NCBI GenBank assembly: GCA_963791045.1
Contig: CAWBQK010000006.1
Coordinates: 347,656-411,655, forward strand
Source: Candidatus Latescibacterota bacterium
GTDB lineage: Bacteria; Krumholzibacteriota; Krumholzibacteriia; WVZY01
DNA: 64,000 nucleotides
Reading direction: 5' to 3'
Shown in pieces: positions 58,884 through 64,000 of the stretch. The translations under genes and the position numbers were made by a program. A model generated the notes under the pieces. The model had not been told where the DNA came from. It ran no database searches and saw only the letters and a list, made by a program, of their open reading frames with translations. Numbering within the stretch: the stretch's first letter is position 1; each line of letters begins with the position of its first letter.

Positions 58884-61800
58884 TACCGGACAACCCCAAC
58901 TTTGCGTTTGATCGATGTGTCGGAACCGTTTTCGCCATGAACCTCGAGGACGAGATAGTAGACTCCGTTGTTTACAACGTCGCCGTCGCCGTTGCGTCCG
59001 TCCCAGGCCAGATCCTGATGGAGACCCGGGTCTCTGGTCTTGTTGTCGAGAAGAGTCGCGACTGGTTTTCCCCAAATGGTGTACAGCTTTAACGTTACGG
59101 TCGATTTTTGTTCGAGATAATAGGTTATCGTGGTTTTCTCCCTTCCCGCGGCAAACGGGTTGGGATAGTTCGTGTAGGCGGAATTGACGTCGTTTGCCAG
59201 GACGGTCGTCCATTCGCTCGCGAGCGGGAACGACTGCCCGTCTGACGCTGTGATGTTTGCCGGCGTATGCACGGCATAGTCGGACACTTCAATGGACGCG
59301 GCGTTGTCGACGACGAACCGGAACGTACGGTTCGAGAGACTGGCCTCAAAATCCAAAAGGACGCTCAGTGTATCGCTCGAAGCCGCGGGAACAATCGCGG
59401 TGCTCGAAGAGAGATTGAATACGATCTCGTCCGATTCAAACTGTCCGGAGACCGTCACGCTGTCGCTGGTGACAAGAAGGGCGCGGGCGGCAATCGACGA
59501 AGGATCGACAGAGGCGCCTTTCGAGTCTTCAACTCTCACGTGCAGGGCGTTGAGTTCGATCGCCGAGTAACCGCTGGGATCTCGGTTGTCGAGCGTAAGT
59601 TTGAATGCCTCCACGCCTGGTTCTCTGGCGCTGATGTTGGCCGGAATTTTTGACAACAACCCGGCGTCGGCATTTTCGCTGGGCAGCTGAAGCGTGACCG
59701 GGCCCGCCACAAAGGGGAACTGTCCGGAGATTCCAAATATCCGGTTGCCGTCGTTGAGGTCACGAACCATGATATCGGTTTGTTCGAGTCTTACTTCGAT
59801 TTCTGCGGGAGAGAAAAGAGCCTTGACGTCCACAATAACATTGAGTGCAGCCGACGACCCCGGCGACACGGTTACCGGCGAAACAAAACCACATTCGGCG
59901 GAAGGGGCCGTGTTGCTGGGAGCCGTGCAAACCGATACGGTATCGGCGCCGTGCAGGACATAAATCGACGAGAATGCGTTCCCCGGGAAAACGGGTCCGC
60001 CATTGGAGTCAACGAATTGCAGTGTCAACGAATCAACCTGAATCGACGATGCCGAACCCGAGCCATCGTGGTCGATCACCAGTTCCATGACCGGGACCGA
60101 GCTGAGACCCGGCGACACCGTGTTGGGCAGAAGGTCGGTGTACGTGGCGGTTACATCGTTCGCCGGTAGTTGGAATACGACTCTGTCCGAACGAATGGGG
60201 AAGTCATTTCCGGCCGGGTCGGCGGCCGCGACGGATACGACCGAGACGGTATTGATGTCCCGTGCGACAACCGCGCCCTTGTCATCGAGAGCCATGTGGA
60301 AGCCGGGTACCTGAGGGAGATTCTTGACGTTCACATATATATCGATGGTTTGAAGCACGTTCGGCGACAACACCAGGGGTGTGGTCAAATTTGCGGCGAA
60401 CAAGTTGCCCGAGCTGCCCGTCGGCTCGCCGTCGAAAAGCGTCGTGGACCCGACATCGATTCTCAGGGTGTTGATAACGATCGATGGATGAACCGCGGTC
60501 CCAGTCGTATCGTAGAAACTGAAACGCAAGTCGGTAAGAATCTCCCTTGCCGTCGAGGGGGTGGCGGGGTTCACAAGGCCAATCGAGAAAATGTGCAGGT
60601 TTTCCTGCCCCGTATTTGCCGTTAAGGAATTTCCATTGCTCGAAGAGACCAACAGACTTTCCGCGGCGGTATTTACCGTGACTGGCGTCGTCAACCAAGG
60701 AAAAGTGTCGCCGCTGTTGACCGGCGCCGGTTTGCCGTCATTCGCGTCCGTCAGCATTATTCCAACCGGATTCTGGATGCCGGCACGGAACGCCGCAAGC
60801 ACCGCGGAATCGGCGATGTTTCCGTTCAAATCGAGTATTACGGCTGATCCCGGATCAATGACCAGCGGCGCCGCGGGCCTTAGCGTGAGTGAACTCTCCG
60901 TCGAGTCGTTGACATTGAATGTGAAGTCGTTGCCCGATGGTTCGGAGATTGTAATTCCCTTGAACACATCATTCGCGGCAACAGGTGCGCCCGATCCTTC
61001 GTCTATGGCGATTTCGAGTCCGTCAAAATGTAACGGCGCGAAAAGCGAATCCGCGGAACTGTAATCGATGGCCAGGGAAAACAATTCGACATTTTGTTGC
61101 GATCTGTTCACCGACGCTGGGGCGCGGTTGAACAACGCGACAGAGACTCCCGCTGCGCGACTCTGTATGTTTATGGTCTCCGAGCATGTTGTTGCCGACA
61201 CATCGGAACTGTCGGTGGAATATGCGAATCCGCAAAACTCGATTTCCCCCACGGTGTCGGTTGATAAGGTCCAGACGATTGTCGTGTCCGCGCCTGGGAG
61301 GATGTCGGCAGGTGCGGGTGTTGGGCCTGACAGAATCGTTGCCGCCCCGTCCCCTGAAATCATGATGGGCGAAGGGCGAACTCCATACAGGGTATCCACC
61401 CCTTCATTTCGCGTGATCATGGAGAGTTCGATGATTTGGCCGGTGCTGTATGACGATCTATCACACACAAAGCTTGTTATGAGCGGATCGGTGGAGATCG
61501 TCTGATACGTTGAATTGACGATCGCGTCGTCAATCGGTCCATCATTGGAAGATTGAACTTCGATTCCGTTTATCGGAAGTCGAGCCTGGAAGGTCGCCCC
61601 GTCGTTCGGGGTCGCTACGACGGAAAACGTAATATGGACCCGCAGGCCGGAGGTGGGGATCGGTTCGTTGACGGAGAATGTGTTCCGCCACGAACTGCCC
61701 GCCCAACTAAGATACGCCAGCGGAGCTTCGAGACCCCGGTCGAATTTGGCCGGGTGACCGCCGGCTTCCTTCCATAGTCTTAATTCTGAGATGTCCGCGC

Positions 61801-63660
61801 CGGTGATGGCCGATCCGATGCTCTCGATATTGATATGTTCGAGTTTGTCGGACCATATTCCGTTCGCCGGAATGACGAAGCTCATAGCGAGCACGTCCTG
61901 GTTGTTCGGCGACGCATTATACGACGGCACGTGCCCTATTGAAATCTGGTCGGTTATCATTCCGTCAACGGTATCGGCGCCCGGCGAATTGATCGGGAAA
62001 TCCCCCTCGATCTCGGTGCCCGGCGGCAATACGGCGAGATCTGCGGGATCGAACAGTCTCAGATCGAATGTGGACGAATCAGTGACTGCGAGCGGAAGAT
62101 CGTAGGAGACAAAAATGTATGATATTTCGGCCGGGTTGAGCGATTGACCGAGGTGCTCGAACACAAACGACGCGCCGGTCGAACCGAGTGCGGCGAGACG
62201 TGTGTCGATACTCGGATCAAAGAGGCCGTTGCTGTCGACATCCGCATAGGCGTAGACACTGTCGATCTCGGCGCTGGACATTGTGCCCACCTGATAGAGT
62301 TTCAACTGATCGAGGTCAACCGGGTACGAGTATCCGTTGAAGAAACCGACGCCGAAATTAAGGTTATTTTTTGACCCGGGGGCGTGTACCTGATTCCCGA
62401 TGGGGTACGGGAATGCCGTCAACTGGTCCGGCTTGGGGATCATTATGATCGAGCTCTCGACAACGCTGCCGTCGATCGGTCCGTCGTTTGTGGATCTCAC
62501 GCCGACACCCATTGCCGGAATTGACATTTGTATTGTTCCCGCGACGAGATAGTCAGGGGCGATGTCGACTCCGAGATAAAAATGTTTTCGATCGCCGCAC
62601 GCATCGTCCAGCGGGGAGTCTAGCCCGGTTGTAATAAAAGAACGTCCGCCGGGCTCGGCCGGGTTTTCCGCCATGTCTCCGAGGTATATGTCGTCACCGG
62701 TTCCAGAGTCGAATACGCCATTGCCGCCGTCGGCATACAGTGCGAGCCGCGTGAAATGCTCGGATGAAGCCGTGCCTACATTTCGGATTATCAGCGTCTC
62801 CAGCGTGTCGACCGAATACCCGTTCGCGGGAATTCCGACATCGAGAACGAGAATGTCCGTTCCGCCTGTTACGATAAGACTGTCGATACTTGGGTAGACG
62901 GCCAGTTGGTACTTTCTCATTCCGTCGATTACGAGTTCGGCGGGTGTGGTGACGGGGAACGTGCCGATCATTGGATAGACAGGGTTGATGCCGATGTCGG
63001 ACGCAGCAAAAAGCGCAACCGAGATCGTGTCACCGTCGGCGGAGCAAAACGAGTCGATATCCGCAGTAACCAGGAGCCGTCTGACTTCACCCATCGGTAC
63101 CGTGAGGTTCAGCGATCGTGCGATCAGTGAACCAGTCGAAAAAGAAAGGTCACTGGCAAGGATCGCATCCCCCGCGTCGACGATCCCGTTGCCGTTCTCT
63201 TGATAGATCCTGACTTTTGAAAACGTGTTGTCGAAATCGTTTTGAGATCCGGCGCCGCGGGTCGTGTTTGTCAGGACAAGCGAGTCGAGCGTCGCGGGAC
63301 TCAGCGTGTTGTTGTAGATTTCAAAATAGAGAAGCGTCGCGTCCGTGTCTCCGCGCCCCGGAGCATATGAAGTTATCGGCAAGCTGGTAAGCTCGATGAC
63401 TTCGGAATTCTTGAACGCAAACGTTTTCGACGACACCACGGGTGAATCGATAGGTCCATCGTTGGACGAGATTACCTCGATGCCGTCGACCGGTATTCCC
63501 GGTTTGAAATGGTTGCCGTTTGCGGCGCTGGGGTTGATGTCCGCGACAATAAACACGTGAACTGCAGGGTCGATCGGCTCGTTCAGCCCGGAAATTTCAT
63601 AACGATCGCCGGAGTAAACCATCTCGCCAAGGTTGATATCCGTGGCTGGTTCGAATGTTC
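58883..63660 (-). CDS. Giant repeat-containing secreted/surface protein with C-terminal FlgD-Ig/T9SS-CTD-like domain (5' end missing)
   Basis: About 1590 codons, beta-rich, repeated NDGPID and DxxNGxFD motifs; ends NYPNPF...WDGRNGDG...NGVYYL...RKVGVVR; stop overlaps next ATG (TAATG). Confidence 0.88.
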
Positions 63661-63664
63661 CGCG

Positions 63665-64000
63665 GTGCAGGTCGGAGACCTGATCGACGTTGTTGCGGCG
63701 GGCGCGTTCGATGTTCGTCCCGCTGATGGTGTTGCACTTCGGCAACATCCGTGAGGGCGGCATCGGCTTCGGCGGGAAGGAACTTTCCGCGCCCCAGGCC
63801 GGCCTCATGGCCATGCTGACCAAGGGCATCGTGGCCGGCGAGATGGCCTGGCCCCTGGTGATCTCGGGCATGTTCATGGGCCTGGCCCTGATCCTGATCG
63901 GCGCGCCCAGCCCCATGCTCATCGCCGTGGGCATGTACCTGCCCTTCAACGTCACGTTCACGATCTTCGTGGGGGGGGTGGTGCGCTGGACGCTGGATAC
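63665..64000 (+). CDS. Internal fragment of an OPT-family oligopeptide transporter (no 5' part; one frameshift near 63710)
   Basis: VQVGDLIDVVAAGA / MFVPLMVLHFGN...ELSAPQAGLMAMLTKGIVAGEMAWPLV...SPMLIAVGMYLPFNVTFTIFVGGVVRW. Confidence 0.85.

Noticed and set aside
63661-63961. N-terminal ~100 aa of ORF 58883..63961 as part of the giant protein
   Set aside because: It is the antisense of an OPT transporter fragment and has no signal peptide.
1-64000. CRISPR arrays, rRNA/tRNA genes, transposases, integrases, prophage genes
   Set aside because: No regularly spaced direct repeats or recognisable motifs seen by eye; very short or divergent elements could have been missed.

Overview
Chromosomal window from a moderately GC-rich bacterium. 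Three secreted proteins with FlgD-Ig/T9SS-CTD-like tails plus a PorV-like barrel suggest, by inference, an FCB-related candidate phylum (Latescibacterota/Krumholzibacteriota-like). In order it holds: a secreted zinc metalloprotease; two small Zn-binding proteins; a degenerate hybrid kinase behind a sigma54 site; a heterodimeric ABC exporter; tusA and a Sec-containing selD (in-frame TGA plus SECIS-like hairpin, missed by the ORF track); M23 and M14 peptidases; an MrfB/MrfA-like exonuclease-helicase pair; a Macro/SLOG pair; a glycan-tailoring region (carbamoyltransferase, three AsnB-like proteins, GT4s, D-glucuronyl C5-epimerase-like protein, methyltransferase); pcm, queF and queG; pilin-like genes; an archaeal-type topoisomerase VI pair whose B subunit has a Lys-rich N-terminal tail; and a LonC-like protease. 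The best candidate for an undescribed system is a tightly coupled minus-strand operon: giant repeat surface protein with CTD, PorV-like barrel fused to TPRs, HAMP-PP2C phosphatase, then an RsbW-RsbV fusion. It looks like a trans-envelope partner-switching circuit. Two caveats: several genes carry single-base frameshifts that look like long-read consensus errors, and the last ~340 nt switch abruptly to an unrelated, higher-GC OPT transporter fragment (probable chimeric join). I saw no rRNA, tRNA, CRISPR array or transposase. All calls come from motif recognition by eye; no searches were run.
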